A stretch of 63,430 nt of DNA, filler included, from Sphacelaria rigidula (taxonomy: Eukaryota), in NCBI GenBank assembly GCA_964200075.2. It is 4 parts of 4 records of this genome, joined end to end, with 100 filler letters (N's around TTAATTAATTAA, not from the genome) between each part and the next. Parts side by side here need not be neighbours in the genome. Positions count along the whole stretch, not along the records: positions 15,884 to 31,666 come from CAXNAA020001594.1; positions 31,767 to 47,548 come from CAXNAA020001596.1; 2 more parts are not named here. One strand, written 5' to 3'. The translations under genes were made by a program, and so were the position numbers. How positions within the stretch are numbered: the first letter of the stretch is position 1; each line of letters opens with the position of its first letter. The notes beneath the pieces were generated by a model. It worked only from the letters and a program-made list of their open reading frames with translations, searched no databases and was not told the DNA's origin. Positions 23,759-36,787 of this stretch are shown here, piece by piece.

Positions 23759-24215
23759 CACAGGTCGGACAACTCATAAATTGACACAGTTGCGTGGGAT
23801 AGCCCAACCAGTGGGGAAAAGTATCGCTGAGTTGTACCGCATACTTTCGCCAGTGAAAAGGTACCGCTGAGAGTGGGACCGTATACCCCAGTCAATGGGG
23901 AAATGTGTCCCTGAGTTGTACCGTATAACTTCGCCAGTAGAAAAAAAGGTACCGCCGAGTTATACCGTATCACTCAGTCAGCGGCTGAATGTTTCTCTTG
24001 GCCATACCATATAACTTCGCAACTGGAAAACAGATAGCGCTGAACTGTACCACAAAACATACCCTGTGGAAAACGTTACCACTGAGGTATACCCTGTAAC
24101 TCATGGTGAATAAAGGTAACGCTCTGTCATATTGTATAAATGGTCCAGTAGAAATACGTCCCGCTGTGTTGTACCGTATAACTCAGTCGGGGGGAAACGC
24201 ACCGCGAAGTTAGGG
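23759..24215. mobile_element. One end of the 42-bp-repeat transposon family (TIR plus degenerate ~41-44-bp repeats)
   Basis: cacaggtcggacaa at 23759 matches TIR cacacgtcggacaa, followed by repeats of ctgagttgtaccgtataacttcgccagt..aaaaggtaccg. Confidence 0.6.
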
Positions 24216-24674
24216 CGTGTCTCAGCAGTTTTTCTTTCGTTCGAAAAAGTGCGGTCGAATCGCAGGTCTGATAGGTCCACCGCATTTATGTTCCCAGAAG
24301 GCTTCAACTCAAAATTATAATTAGTGGCGGGCAGAAAAAAAACATTCTTCACAAAAACTCATACTACGTAGTACAGCATTGTTTTTGATCGAAAAAATGC
24401 GATCGAAAGGCACAAAGCGGCACGTGATACCTATCTCACAGACCACCACGCCAGATAACACCTGATCACAGGACCATGCAAACTCTATACAACTCATTCT
24501 CAGCTATCACCGCAACCCTATAGCATAGAGCACGAGTGGAGCACAGGGATAGATACACTGCAGTAGTTGGGTATGCTTTGTTTAACTTTTGTTGGCGAGA
24601 ACTTGCGCTTCTCCTTTCTTGGTAGGAATCAGCGACGGAACTGCGTGGTACGGGGGGCAGCCGAGTTGCGTGCA

Positions 24675-24870
24675 CGCTCATGGACAGTGCAGGCGGTACA
24701 AAGCTGCACGTTGCTGAAGGACTTTTCACATCGCCCTCTAAGCAGAGAGAACTGATAGTAGTCCTGGGCTATCTGCACTGCACGTCCTGCACGAAACACG
24801 CACACACGCACTCAAGACACTGCTTGCAAGCAGTGCAGACAGTACAGACTGCCTGTACTGTACACGAGTG
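24675..24870. mobile_element. ~195-bp MITE-like repeat; partial second copy at ~29645-29752
   Basis: Imperfect TIR ctcatggacagtgcaggc / gcctgtactgtacacgag; internal cttttcac.tcgc.ct.taagcaga shared with the 29.7-kb copy. Confidence 0.55.
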
Positions 24871-25477
24871 ACCATGTAATCGAATATACTTACGCTCGAT
24901 GATTTTAACTATACATCTGCCTGGATGCAAGGGAAATGGATGTTGAGATTCGATCATGACATACAGGGGGAATACGAACAAGACATTAGTTCTGTTGTTT
25001 AAGGTATACCCGATGTAACGGTTGCAGTACATATCTGCTGAGGGGGCACACGCTTTCTCGCGTGGCGAAGAGATGAGATTATGACGTGTCATTTTGTATG
25101 AGTGATTTCCGTAACCCACCTCGTTCAGTGTGTTTTGTGGTGTGTGTGAAAACACAGATGGGGTATTTACATTTGACATTGAGAGTATAACATACACTCT
25201 TCTACTGGCGAATTACTACATCAACGGAGGTCCCACGACCCCTTGCAAACATGGACCCTTGCGGCGAGCAGGTAATTCAGCCTTTACGTTAGCGATCAGG
25301 CTACGCTTTGCACGGGCGAACTCAGGGTTTTCAAGACATCGAAAAATGATATAAAATCTCTCTATTCAAAGGGAGAGTCAAAACGAGTTATTCAACTACG
25401 AGGAATCAAAACGCGTACACGCCGCAGAGACTACAAGAAGAAACACGACATCAACGGACAGCATCGCAGCATCACGA

Positions 25478-25802
25478 GAGCTAACTGGAGCGGTATGGTA
25501 CCGAAGATCGGCGGCGGCAACACCCCCCGACACGCGCGTCACCAACCCTAGCATCCAAACACCAGTGATCAGCTACATCGAGGACAACAGAATCATCAGC
25601 TTCTCAGCTTTTATCTCAGATGGGCAGAGAAGCCCCGAAGGCACGTATTCATATTTTAATTTGTATTGTGAGCTAACTGGAGCAGTAGGGTACCGAAGAT
25701 CGGCAGCGGCAATATCCCGCGACACGCGCGTCACCAACTCTAGCATCCAAACGCCAATGAACAGCCACGTCCAGGACAACAACGTCATCAGCTTCTCAGC
25801 TT
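25478..25802 (+). repeat. Tandem duplication, ~135-bp unit, ~191-bp period
   Basis: gagctaactggagc...taccgaagatcggc...gacacgcgcgtcaccaac...atcagcttctcagctt at ~25478 and ~25669. Confidence 0.75.
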
Positions 25803-26239
25803 CTCAGCTTCTACCTCAAGACGAGCCGCAGTGCTCAAAAGGCACGTTTTCCTTCTGATTTTTTTACTTCGATTGAACTTTGAATCGTGATAGAACCACC
25901 AGGGTCGAAGAGTAGGATGACTTCAAGCATGTTTTGTTCCTGTTGTTGATGATGTTTTGTTCCGTACATCTTCCCCTGTTGAAAATCGAAATTTCATTTC
26001 TTGGAATACTTTAAACCTGTTGCAATGAACGACTGCTTCCCAAGAAAACGACCCGTTATTTCCGGACACCCCCTGGGGCCCAATCCTAACGCTGAGGTTG
26101 TCTCAAATCCCATCTGAGGGGGAGGGTGCCAGCGTTTTTCGTCGCTGCATCAGATCCCGTTTGGGGCCGTCAGAAGGGTATTCACACTACAGCTGCCGCG
26201 GATTCTGAATTCAAAATTAATTTTCAAGCACGTTGCGCT

Positions 26240-27657
26240 ACAGTAGACTAAGTATTGTTCGACAGCCCACCGCGGAACCGGTTGTCAACACATCCGCGGC
26301 GGAGGTAGCATACAAGGCGTGATAGCTGGTTGAGACTGGATGAAGCGCCTTGCATGCACACTACTGGCGGAACAACCCCAGGCGTCGGGCTAACCCTTAC
26401 CCCCGTTGTGTGTGTCTGCAGCTTCATTATGGGGCACCCATGTGACCCAACTGACCACTACTGTACTGTAGGGATTCTGTACTCCGGTGATGGTATATCT
26501 CAGCAGACTGCTGAATGATGATGCGTTTCAAAGATCGTTGGCATCTGCCGCCGCATTGGATCGTTTCGCTGACGGCGGTCGTCGCCGGCGCAACAGTATG
26601 GAGTCTCTCTCAGTTACTCAACAAGAGGCGCGCGAAAACTCGATGACTAGTCCAAAAAAACATGTTTTCAGCATGCTTTGTTACGTGTTCCCTAGCGCTT
26701 AGACGCAGGGAGGGGTTGCTCAAAAGATGCGGCACAATGAATGACGGTGGCCTTTCTGTTGGACTCCTCACCATCACGTTTTCGCTGCCGCGAAGAACCT
26801 TCTGCGGTAGGGGCACATGGTCGAAAGCGGTTGCGAATCCCGAGCCTTTTGAACAAAGTAAATGAAATTTCGATGGTCCGTTGAACCTCGATTGAATGTT
26901 GAATCTCAAAAACGAATCCAGGCTGTTATGGGTAAAAAAAGTGCGAATATCTTGCTGTTGAAACTTGCTGTTCCTAGCATGCGCTGTGATCCATGTCATC
27001 CTCGCCTTCTCGAGGTAATATACTACATCTTTCATGCAACTTTTCCTGGCTGTAGCCTCCAACTTTCCAAACTCCTCTGCTACCGTTACATTAGGAGGCG
27101 CATTGACGATGACTTCTGCGGTTCTGGCTTCAACGTTGTAATGTGTAGGTAGGGGGGCCTGGCGTATGGCTCGGCAACGCTGCAAGTTGCAGCGTTGCCC
27201 TGCCGCACACGACATGGCTTTTCAGCTCACGTTTGCTGCTGTGTTACTGACTGTAGCCCCGCTGTACTCGCTAAATTGTTGATTGTTCTCTTTCATTCTC
27301 AGTCTGCACAAAGTTGGGCGCCAGGTTTTTGCCGAACCGGCATGAAACCAGATTTTATGCCGTGTGCCGGAGCCCAAGGGAGAAGTGGCATAAATAAAAC
27401 ATGATTTGTCGTATACCCTGAAAATTGCCGGCAGGAAATTTGTCTGGCATGTAGTAATCGGCATAAAATAGGGTCCACCACTTTATTAATCCTCAGGCAA
27501 CGCTGAGGCCGTGTTTTATTAAAAAAGAATCGACTCGAACGAGTTCGTGCGAATTGCTTCAGTTCGATCGTTTTGTTGTGTTCAGGTCCGAAGCGAATTT
27601 GCACGCTTCGGATCGAAAAAGCAAAACGAAATTCGTGAGGCGGTACTTGTTTACTGT
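26240..27657 (-). mobile_element. Possible pogo/Tigger-like transposon remnant with transposase C-terminus
   Basis: Minus-strand frame ...EEFGKLE...VVYYLEKARMTWITAHA..SKFQQQDIRTFF contains a PIP box. Weak TA-CAGTA...TACTG-TA termini at ~26240 and ~27657. No DDE domain visible. Confidence 0.4.
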
Positions 27658-28459
27658 ACTTGTACTTCCAATATGCAGCAGCAGTACAGTAGAGTACACG
27701 CTGCCTGTGCATAGTGTGTTTCGTACAGCATGCAGGCGCGATGTGGAAAAGAAGCGGGCGACGTGACATACAGTCTGCATACAGGAGTATGTTGTGGAGA
27801 ATACTTGAATCACGCGCAGTTTATACACTGCCTCTACTGGCCATGATACCATTTCCGAACTCTAGTATTCGAGGTAATATATACGTCTGTCTGAGTTGTA
27901 CCATGCCGATCAGCCAGAGGAAAGAGGTGCCGCCGACTTGTACCATATGCCTCGTGCGGTGGAGACGGGTACCAGATACCTTAGCCACCCCCATGGTGTC
28001 ACTTTTCCCCACTTCTATTCGTTACTTCTTCCCGTGTGGGACGCTCTGTCTGTTTGTTTGGATCTGCTACATAGATAAGTAATAATAAGTATACATTCGT
28101 GTTTAGACACCTGCGATGTTTGCTGCCGAGACAAATTCATCATAAAGCTGCCTGCTCCACCCTCTTCTGCAGTCACCTGCCAAGAGGAGTATGACGGTCC
28201 GCACGACTACCATATTCCTCAACAATACCATATACAGTAGAGTACAAGTTTTGGTATACGCAGGGTTGTTTCTACACAGGTATGAGCCGTACCCGACAGT
28301 TCTGAGTTCTGGTAGCCGCTCGTACCGGTACCCGAAGGTTTCGTGATTTCTGTAAGCCTCCCATACTGGTACACGATAACTTTGTGAGATTTGTACGAAT
28401 GGTTTACGCTCACCCGGTTCACGGGTATACCTTTGTAGATAAACTCGGTCGCGAGTAAG

Positions 28460-28610
28460 GGTTTGTAGCCAAATGATACAAAGCCGTTAGGTTTCAGTGT
28501 AATCGCATGCATGATTGAAGCATGATCCACTGCAAGTGAGGATTTGTAGCCAAATGATACCAAGCCGTATAAGGTTTCAGTATAATCGCATGCATGGTTG
28601 ATGCATGATT
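28460..28610 (+). repeat. ~81-bp tandem duplication
   Basis: tttgtagccaaatgatac.aagccgt..aggtttcagt.taatcgcatgcatg.ttga.gcatgat occurs twice. Confidence 0.7.
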
Positions 28611-28704
28611 GGAGCAGTGACAAGGGACAGGGGATCCTGGGTTGATTGCCCTTGCTGTCTGGCCCCTTGCTGTCTGGCTCGTGATCTGCTGAGGATCACT
28701 CCAT

Positions 28705-28915
28705 TGTGATGCGGGAGAGGACCGCGTGCTTAGAGGACCGAATCGGAATTTGAACATCCCCATGGTTAGGGTTAGGGTTAGGGTTAGGGTTGGGGTTATG
28801 GTCAGGGGCGTGGTACCTGCAGGGACTGGCTCGATTGGTTTTGAAAAACATCGTCCCTGAGGTGTTTTGAACTACGGCGCGGTCCTCTAAGCACGCGGTC
28901 CTCTCACGCATTACA
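28705..28915. mobile_element. 211-bp Ginger-like MITE containing (TTAGGG)4
   Basis: 36-bp TIR with 2 mismatches, TGT...ACA termini, CCAT on both sides (28701-28704, 28916-28919); TTAGGG x4 at 28766-28789. Confidence 0.8.
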
Positions 28916-30837
28916 CCATGATAATAACAAGATAGAAGGAAGGACTTTTCGAGCACGAGGCCAGTGATACTGGCGGAGTCCCTCCACACGCGGCCATTGG
29001 GCTACCCCCTTCAAATTCACTATCGCGGTTTTTCTCCCCTCGGGGGTAACGTGACCCTCCGGAGTACAAAACACCCTCTGGAGGGTATTTCATACTCGGT
29101 TCCGGTCATGAAACGAATCCTCTGGAGGGCCTCTGATGCTTCAGTGACTTCTGAGCTTTGAATCCCTCCAGAGTACCAAAAACATGGTGCACCTGAGCAC
29201 GTGGTTTTCGTGAACGCCCCATAGAGGGAAATATGAACAGCAGAGGGAAACATGAGCATCATTCCTCTGGAGGAGGGACCCACTATGGCCTGTAAGGCAT
29301 TTGTTGCGGCTCTGGGGGACATATCCGTGCAGTATCCTCCAGCGTGCACATTTACACTTGTGCACTTGCTTCCAGGGCACCTTTGGGGCCCCAGCAATCT
29401 TATGGTATGGATCATCACGCCAGATGTATTACCCGCCGTTCACAGATTGAACAGCAAACCGGACAACACTTATTCCCAGCTATGAAACCACCACAATAAC
29501 ACTGCAGTAGTCAGGTATAATGTATGTCTTGTTGGTGAAAGTTTAAAGCTGAGCATATCCTTCCATGGTCGCGGAGTCGCGCGGTGCCGGAACCATGCGG
29601 GGTAGGGTGCGGGCAATAACCGCGGCGGTTTATTGCATTCCCATTCATGGACAGTAGTGCAGGCAGACAAAGCTGCGCACACTGTTCAAGTCCTTTTCAC
29701 GTCGCACTGTAAGCAGAAAACATACATTTAGTCCTGCGCTGTCTGTACTGTACTTTGATCGCTTCCCCTTCTCGTCCTACTGACTGCAGCGCTGAGCATG
29801 CTGCAAGAACGTGCGTCGTGATGTATACTCAGTAGCTGACGGTATATAACACCCTCATGCACCTAAAGTTACAGGCGTCCACTTTGTTTAGCCATACGTG
29901 GCGCATATGCCGCGCTAACTCTGCAGTATATTGCACCGCACGCATATAAGCACGATATAACAGCGGATCCTGAAAAATGAGGTTCATGTCAAAAATGAGG
30001 TTCAAGTGGCACATCTTTCTTGCAGGGATGAAGCGAAACAGTACCACAGAGCGAAACCATATTTCCCCCCAAAACTCTGGAGCAGATAATCAACTGTGGC
30101 TAAATGCACCGAACGACTGCGGTGTACACGCGTGTCGATGACGATATCACCAGAGAGAGAAGCAACGACAGAGAGGAAGCTCCTCACCCGTGTCCTTTGT
30201 GTGCCCTCGCTGGGCGATTACCAATCGCTGGACAGGTTGGCATCATGGATGTTACCAGCACGTACGGATTTTCTCATGTCCCGGTAGGTATCACCACAGA
30301 ACATCAAGCTGCGGAGAAATTTCGTCTCTGCTTGCCTCTGGAGCTCACCAATGCGAAGATCGATTTCTCTCTGCCTCTCTTTTTGGCAGGGCGCGCCTCT
30401 GTGCGCTGAAAAACAGGGCAATGCTCCCGTCACCGCTACTACTGTTCTGCCACACGCATGCCAGCAAGGACGGTGCGCGGGGCAAAAATATCAGATGATC
30501 CAATCTGAACTTGGGGGCGTTATTCACCGTTGATTTTACCCTGAGATATCTGACCGTCCAGGCGCCCGACCCCAAGAGCCTGCCGCAGGTCAGTTGGGGT
30601 GTGTGTGTGAGAGAGATCAAACACTTGTGGAGAACTTCTTGACATGCGGAGTGAAAAAAGATGCCTATGGTGGTGATCTAACTGTTGCTAGCGTGGTGCA
30701 GAGGGGTGGGTCAGCTGCAATCTGGAGCTTGTGTTGCTCTACTCTACTGACTCACATCTGCAGAGTATCAGCGAGAGGTGACGCGCGGTAACAACATGTT
30801 ATCATGTACTCAAATTCGGAACAGCTGGAGACACAGA

Positions 30838-31233
30838 AGAGTTCAAGGTTTTCAAACTACGTCCACATGATTGAAATGACTCTTGTTACCCGAGGAACTG
30901 CGCCTTCCCCGTCCCCACGCCAGGTATGAAAGAAGGACGGCAGAGTTTCTGGGGCCGCGTGTAACGCCCACGGGGGACACAGACTCTTTCGTGTATGAAA
31001 ACCTCGTTTTCCTACCTTTAAACAGTTATATGCCCGTTGTTTTCTAATAAGAACGGTAAACTGTCGATTTCTGATCGGTACTGAATTAATTGGGGGATGC
31101 CAATGCCAGCAAAGTTTGGTAGTTCTTTTCGACAGTATCTTCGAACGTTCGAACGGACCCAAAACGGACACTTTCCCTCGGGTAACGAAAATCAGTTCAA
31201 TCATGTGGACGTAGTTTGAAAATCTTTAACTCT
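30838..31233. mobile_element. ~395-bp MITE with ~40-60-bp TIRs
   Basis: ttttcaaactacgtccacatgattgaa (~30849) and ttcaatcatgtggacgtagtttgaaaa (~31196) are exact reverse complements; pairing extends imperfectly both ways. Confidence 0.75.
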
Positions 31234-31603
31234 CTTGATATATGTATTAGGGGGCAAGAGGATGAGTTTTCAACAATTTCTGCTGTCCTTCGATTTTCAT
31301 CCACCGACACGGTGCAGTATGTGGGACTTGAATAGCAGAAGCTGCTCTCAAATAAGTTCGCGTTTTGCCCATTTTCAGGTGTTGGCGGGCAACGTGGGAA
31401 TTTCGACCAGCTTCTGGTGTATAAACTCCATCAGCGAGTGTATATGGGATTTGAACAGCCTCTGCTGTTCGAAATAAATATTTTTTTCCCGACTCGAATA
31501 ATTTGGAGTTAAGATTTATTTTGAACAGCAGAGCCTGTCAATATTCCATATTTCCATAGCACTTGTGCCTCCAAAAACAATCCCGGGGATTTTAATATTG
31601 GCG

Positions 31604-31666
31604 ACACTTTTTACGATAGCCCCCCCCCAAAACCAGCTAAAAGTGTCACGAAAAAAATGGCCATAC
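31604..31666 (+). mobile_element. Left end of the ACACTTT..CGATAGCCCC MITE family, truncated by the contig end
   Basis: Matches the TIR of 6611-6865; a reverse-oriented relative ends contig 3 (~47494-47548). Confidence 0.6.
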
Positions 31667-31766
31667 NNNNNNNNNNNNNNNNNNNNNNNNNNNNNNNNNN
31701 NNNNNNNNNNTTAATTAATTAANNNNNNNNNNNNNNNNNNNNNNNNNNNNNNNNNNNNNNNNNNNN
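31667..31766. other. Artificial contig spacer
   Basis: N44-TTAATTAATTAA-N44. Confidence 0.97.
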
Positions 31767-33004
31767 ACTGATGGTGGAGCCTCCCACTACACAAGTCACG
31801 AGTTCGAATCCCGACAAAACGTTTTTTTCCCCACATAAGCTGGCAGATTCCCCCCCCCCCCCATAATCTGAGTGTTTTTCGTTCAATCTCAACCATGCTA
31901 TCTCGAGTCCTACACCAGTCGAGCAAGTGCTGGGCTGTTTGAATGGCCGTGCATGATCCAGTTGGCTGTAATCATACAAAGTTGCCGAGATCATCCATGA
32001 TTACCAAGAGCTTTATCCAACCCATCGCCTTTCAAGGGCCCATTTTGGCCAACATACAGATAATCAAAAGGAATTACGTAGCCTGGCCTTGGAGCCATCT
32101 CGCCAGCTTTTGAATCCACACAATGAAGGCGCTGTTTAACGAGCTGCTGACGAGCTTGGTGCCATCTCGCAGCATTACCAGTGTATTTTCGATTGTGAAC
32201 ATTAGGTCGTCACGTGCCTGTGCGGCGAAATTGTTTGTCGTGATTCCGCCGTGTTTAGCAAGAAGAAACGTCTCTAAACACGCTATCGCGCCCCGATATG
32301 AGACATACCCGGTACTCAGTGCAGTACAATAACGTCATCGCCAAAACTGCGCCAATCGAGCAGTGACGGAGATATTTGTCACCAGGTAGGCCTTCGGCTC
32401 GCTGCGATATGCTCAAATCAGACTGATTCGGGAAACTGACGAAGTTGTGGTGGGCCCACGGTTTCTAAGTTTCACGGCAGGCCCAGCTGGTATTTCAGGT
32501 GGTGACTTAGTGATATATCTGCCTGTATCAGGTGATGCATCCAAGGTATCGACTTATATTGCTGAAATCTGTTATCCAGTACCCGATATCACACCTGACG
32601 CCCACGCACAGAGGGACGCACAAGGGCTTTGCGTCAGCTGGGTTTTTTTTGTCGTGCGGGTTTTGAGGAGCGATGAGCAAGACTCACGAGCCCTGGGCCG
32701 CGGTTACAGGCGACCGACCCTCATCAGCAGTCGCTTTCGACAGCGGCCGGCGCCGATACCGACCCCAAGCTGTCTTCGACCATGGCCGTCACCGACGTTA
32801 ACAGCCCCAGGGAACCGCAGCCGGCCAGATCCGGTCAAAACTTCACTGACGATGGGTGGAACAATGACCCCATGCGATATTGATAAAGGCCTATGGCGGC
32901 CCAATTCTAGAGGCTAGGCGTTCTACTGGCGTTTCTTCTTGGGGGCGATTTAGCATAAAGATAGAATACCAATGATGATACGAACCTGTGTGCTTGTGTA
33001 TGTG

Positions 33005-33363
33005 TGTGTTGTCATCCCATCTATTCTGGACGCCCCATCTACACCTTCCGGTATATGTGGGCGCATCATCCCGGGTCACACAGGAGGAAGGTCAACACGG
33101 GAGTTTTGATCATTTCCATGCTGAAATAATCCGTCTCCCTTCTGTTGTGCTTTGCTTTTTTTTTTTGTCGCGAAAAGGGTTCGGCGGTGTTCCTTTCCCT
33201 CGTCGGTTGTTCAGTCGACTTGGTGTACCCACGACATGGTTGCTCTCAAGTGTTGGGCATGATGTGAGAAAAATCGAGATCGTGCGACTTCACAAAGATT
33301 CCAACCCACGACCGAACCGTCAGAAGGTTTCGAGGTCATCACTTGAGCCACCGGGGCGACCGG
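33005..33363 (-). mobile_element. tRNA-derived SINE, copy 1
   Basis: Colinear with 35972-36319; minus-strand head has A-box-like tggctcaagtga and B-box-like ggttggaatct. Confidence 0.75.
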
Positions 33364-34679
33364 ATGAACCTGGCACCTAGTTCTCCGTGTACCAACTCTG
33401 GGCACAGTATACTTGACACACACGTTCTCGTGGTGCCTAAAAGCAATGCTACTGCTGTCTGTACTTCACCACACATGGATATAGCGTCGTGTAATAGGTA
33501 CTTTTGCTGGAGCCGTCAGCGCAACTGCCAGTGTGGCACAGGTCCCAACCAATGGCAAGTACTGATGTATTGGTTATAATATTTTATACACCACATATTT
33601 TATCATACGGGTTAAATATTAGGTGATATGTCGTGAAATATATGTGATATATAGCACGGTATATATTTCCTAGATATATCACAATCGTAGCGATATGGAA
33701 ACGTGTCAACTTTGATCTAGTCATGTTTTTTGGAGGGACATGTATAGATATCATTTGCCCCCCCCCGTTATTTAGGTGATAACCAGACTTTGTATACAGT
33801 ACGACATTCAGTAGTACAGTGGAGAGCCAGGGCGTTTTGGCCGTTCCTGTACTGCATTTTGTACAAGTGTAGTTGCGTGGAGCCCAGTAACGTGCTATGA
33901 AACACTGAGACCCTTGGTCCTGGGTGCCGGCATTCTTGAGACGCGATTATACCCGCAGTCTAGACACAGCAAGATGCTACTAGGAGCGTACGGTTTAGTC
34001 GCGCGACGCACCTCCATAAGCACGTCCAAGCGACGACGCTTTCCACGTACATCTTTACTCGTCGAGATTATCGCTCTCGAAAATTTCTGCACTCTGCTGC
34101 TTTCGGCAAGGGTGCGGCGGCAGTTACGTGCTGCTCTATCCGATACAAATATACAAGCATGCATTGATTATACCGTGAGTCGAGATCATAGTTGCGCCCT
34201 GCTCCATGCAAGCGTCAAACCTCTGACAGCGGTACCATGATACATAGTCGTACGGGCGCCCTAGAGGTTCCCCTGTACTGTGGTAGATGTGGTTGTTGTT
34301 GTCATTGTGAATACCGCAATTAGTCCGGTTTCTCGAACCCGTGATCACAGACGTGGACTTCGCCTTTGCAGTACATCACTGCTGTTCCCTACATGAGATG
34401 AAGCTCTCATTGCATCTTCTGAGACTATGAAAACAAGCGATTTGAAACGAAATAAAACAAAAAGAGAGACATCCAGAAACCAGAAGAGAAAAAGCCCCCC
34501 CCCCGGGTTGGTCGGTTGATCGAGGTGTGGCAACAACAAACACGTCACGTGTGCCAATGAAGTAAACAGGCATAAAAGACAAGGAAAACTAAGTACAAAA
34601 ATATGGCTACTACGCAAGGGCCGAACAACAACCCCACGGAAGACGGCAAGGGTACTAGCAAGGGTACTACGCGACCTTC

Positions 34680-35000
34680 AACTCTTTACGTTTCTGTGGG
34701 CCTGGATGAGCACGGAGGGAACACTAGCGGTAACAGCGAATAATTCCTTAGCATGGCGCGCCTTGGTCCAGGCTGTCATATACATGTTGGTCCCCTCCTC
34801 TACAAGCCGGCACCATTCAGAAATATCTTGGGCAACCTTCGTCCACGATATCGCGTTTATTCCGAAATCGGGGCAATATTCCATGAGACAGTGTTGCAGG
34901 CGTCTCGCCGGTCGGCCTGCCTTCGTTTCCTCTCCGACCACTGCTCCACGCATGACAATGTCGGGGAGGCGTTCGCCTACCTTGCTCTTCACTTCTTAGA
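34680..35000 (-). pseudogene. RTE-like LINE ORF2 C-terminal remnant
   Basis: ERLPDIVMRG...GRPARR...FGINAISWTKVAQDISEWCRLVEEG matches the GRP...W...AQDR..W tail of RTE-clade ORF2. Confidence 0.65.
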
Positions 35001-35971
35001 CTCTCGGCCATGGCCCACAGCGGATGCTCCCGCATGAGTTCCTGCGCACCGTACACTGACAACAACAATATGGAGGGGGATTACCTTTTCGGGCTCAAGC
35101 CGAAACTCTTCAAACCATCCGAGATAGTCGGCAAAAAGTAATGAGGCCTCCGCGAGTTTCATCCTCCAACGGATTAAGGGCCTCAGGAAGGCGGCATTGT
35201 ACATTTACACCGGAGTGCAGCCCCCCTGAGGTGAAGCTTGTCGGTAGTACTTGATACATGGTGCGTCTATTGCACGTTAGTGTTTGCATCCCAGTGAAAT
35301 GTCCAACCGGGTCAGGTATCTTGTATCGTGTCGAGGTATTTATCTATCCAAACGCGCCGGCACCCGTCACCCGGCCAGTAATCAACGAAGAACTCAAGTG
35401 CCACGCTGCACCTATTTATTTATAGCGGTTTTGGGCTAAGAAGTGGGGTGATCTTATCTCGGCATCAGGAGGTTTGATTTGTGAGCCCGCATTGCTGTTG
35501 AGGAGCTTGTGTTCAGTTTTGATCCGATACCCTGTGCGGCGTCATCACGTTCGGGTACAAAAGTACAGTAGGTAAGAACAAATGATTTGTGTCACGATAG
35601 CTAGACGCTACCCAGCAGTTTGGTCAGCAACCTGTGTCATTTACCTGCCTACAAATATTGAAAAGTTACGTGACATCGTTGCGTCATCTCGTCGCCCGAC
35701 CGCCGTTAATCCCCTCTAAGCAAGATGTTCACATTTCACAGATGGAACCGACATGCATCACTGGCATGATGAGGACTGTTTTGATTGAATACTAGTGTAT
35801 TGCATACATGGCACGTTGTAATTTGGGGTGGTGCACGCAGATAGAAGGGAGCTGCTGAGCGATGGCATCGGTTATCGGCGTTGAAGGTCAAGCGTCGATA
35901 TTGCCCCGAAAAGAGGTGTCGCGCCCGAGAGGTTGCAGTAGAATCAACAGCTATCCATTTTTGCGGTGCGC

Positions 35972-36319
35972 TGTCATCCCATCCATTCTGGACGCCAGTT
36001 TGAACCGTTCGGTATATATGGGCACATCAGCCGGGGTCACACAGGAGGAAGGCCAACACAGGAGTTGTTTTCATTTGTTATCTTGTTCTAGTACTTCGCC
36101 TTCCTTCTGCGGTGCTTGCCTTATTTTTTATCGCGAGAGGGGTCCAGCGATCCCTTTCCCTCGTCGACCGTCAAGTCGAGTTTTGGGTAATCGCTTTCCA
36201 CTGTTGAGCATGATGTGGGGAAAAAAAATCCCAGATCGTTGGACGGCACCGAGATTCGAACCCACGATCCAACTATCAGAAGGTGTCGAGATTACCTACT
36301 GAGCCACCGGGCCGACCGG
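35972..36319 (-). mobile_element. tRNA-derived SINE, copy 2
   Basis: Minus strand reads ccggtcggcccggTGGCTCAGTAGG...cttctga...GGTTCGAATCTcgg (Pol III A and B boxes), followed by a body shared with copy 1. Confidence 0.78.
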
Positions 36320-36787
36320 TTCTTTGCAGCCCGATAATTTAAGATGTCTGCTCTCGCGTGACGTGGCTGGTGTCAGTCGAGACCGCAAGACGACCATTGC
36401 ATGGTCGGCACTTCAAAACGCCTTGCTGTGGTTGTAGCTCAGCATTTTTCCTGCCGAGTTGGACCAAACACGCGTTAGATTATCAAAACGGGAATTGCTT
36501 GCGCGAGGCTGCCGTATTCTCCTGCGAGCATGTATTCGAGGTTCAGTGCCCGTTCCTGTCGTCATCCAAGATGACTGCGTGGCACCTGGTGTTGCGTTCT
36601 CAGAAGAGGAAGAATGCGAGTCGTTTATTTCTGATAAACCATGATGTGGTCACTTCCCCTGCTGGTATCGTACATGACGTATGCTGAGGGTTTCCGATTT
36701 TTTTCATGTTTGAAATTAACCATCGTGGCGTTAGTTCATATTTTCATGTGTTGTCGTTTGCCGTCCCTTGTTGGTGTTGGCACGCAG

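Noticed and set aside
36245..36319. tRNA gene
   Set aside because: A and B boxes are present but there is no good acceptor stem, and it continues into a repeated SINE body.
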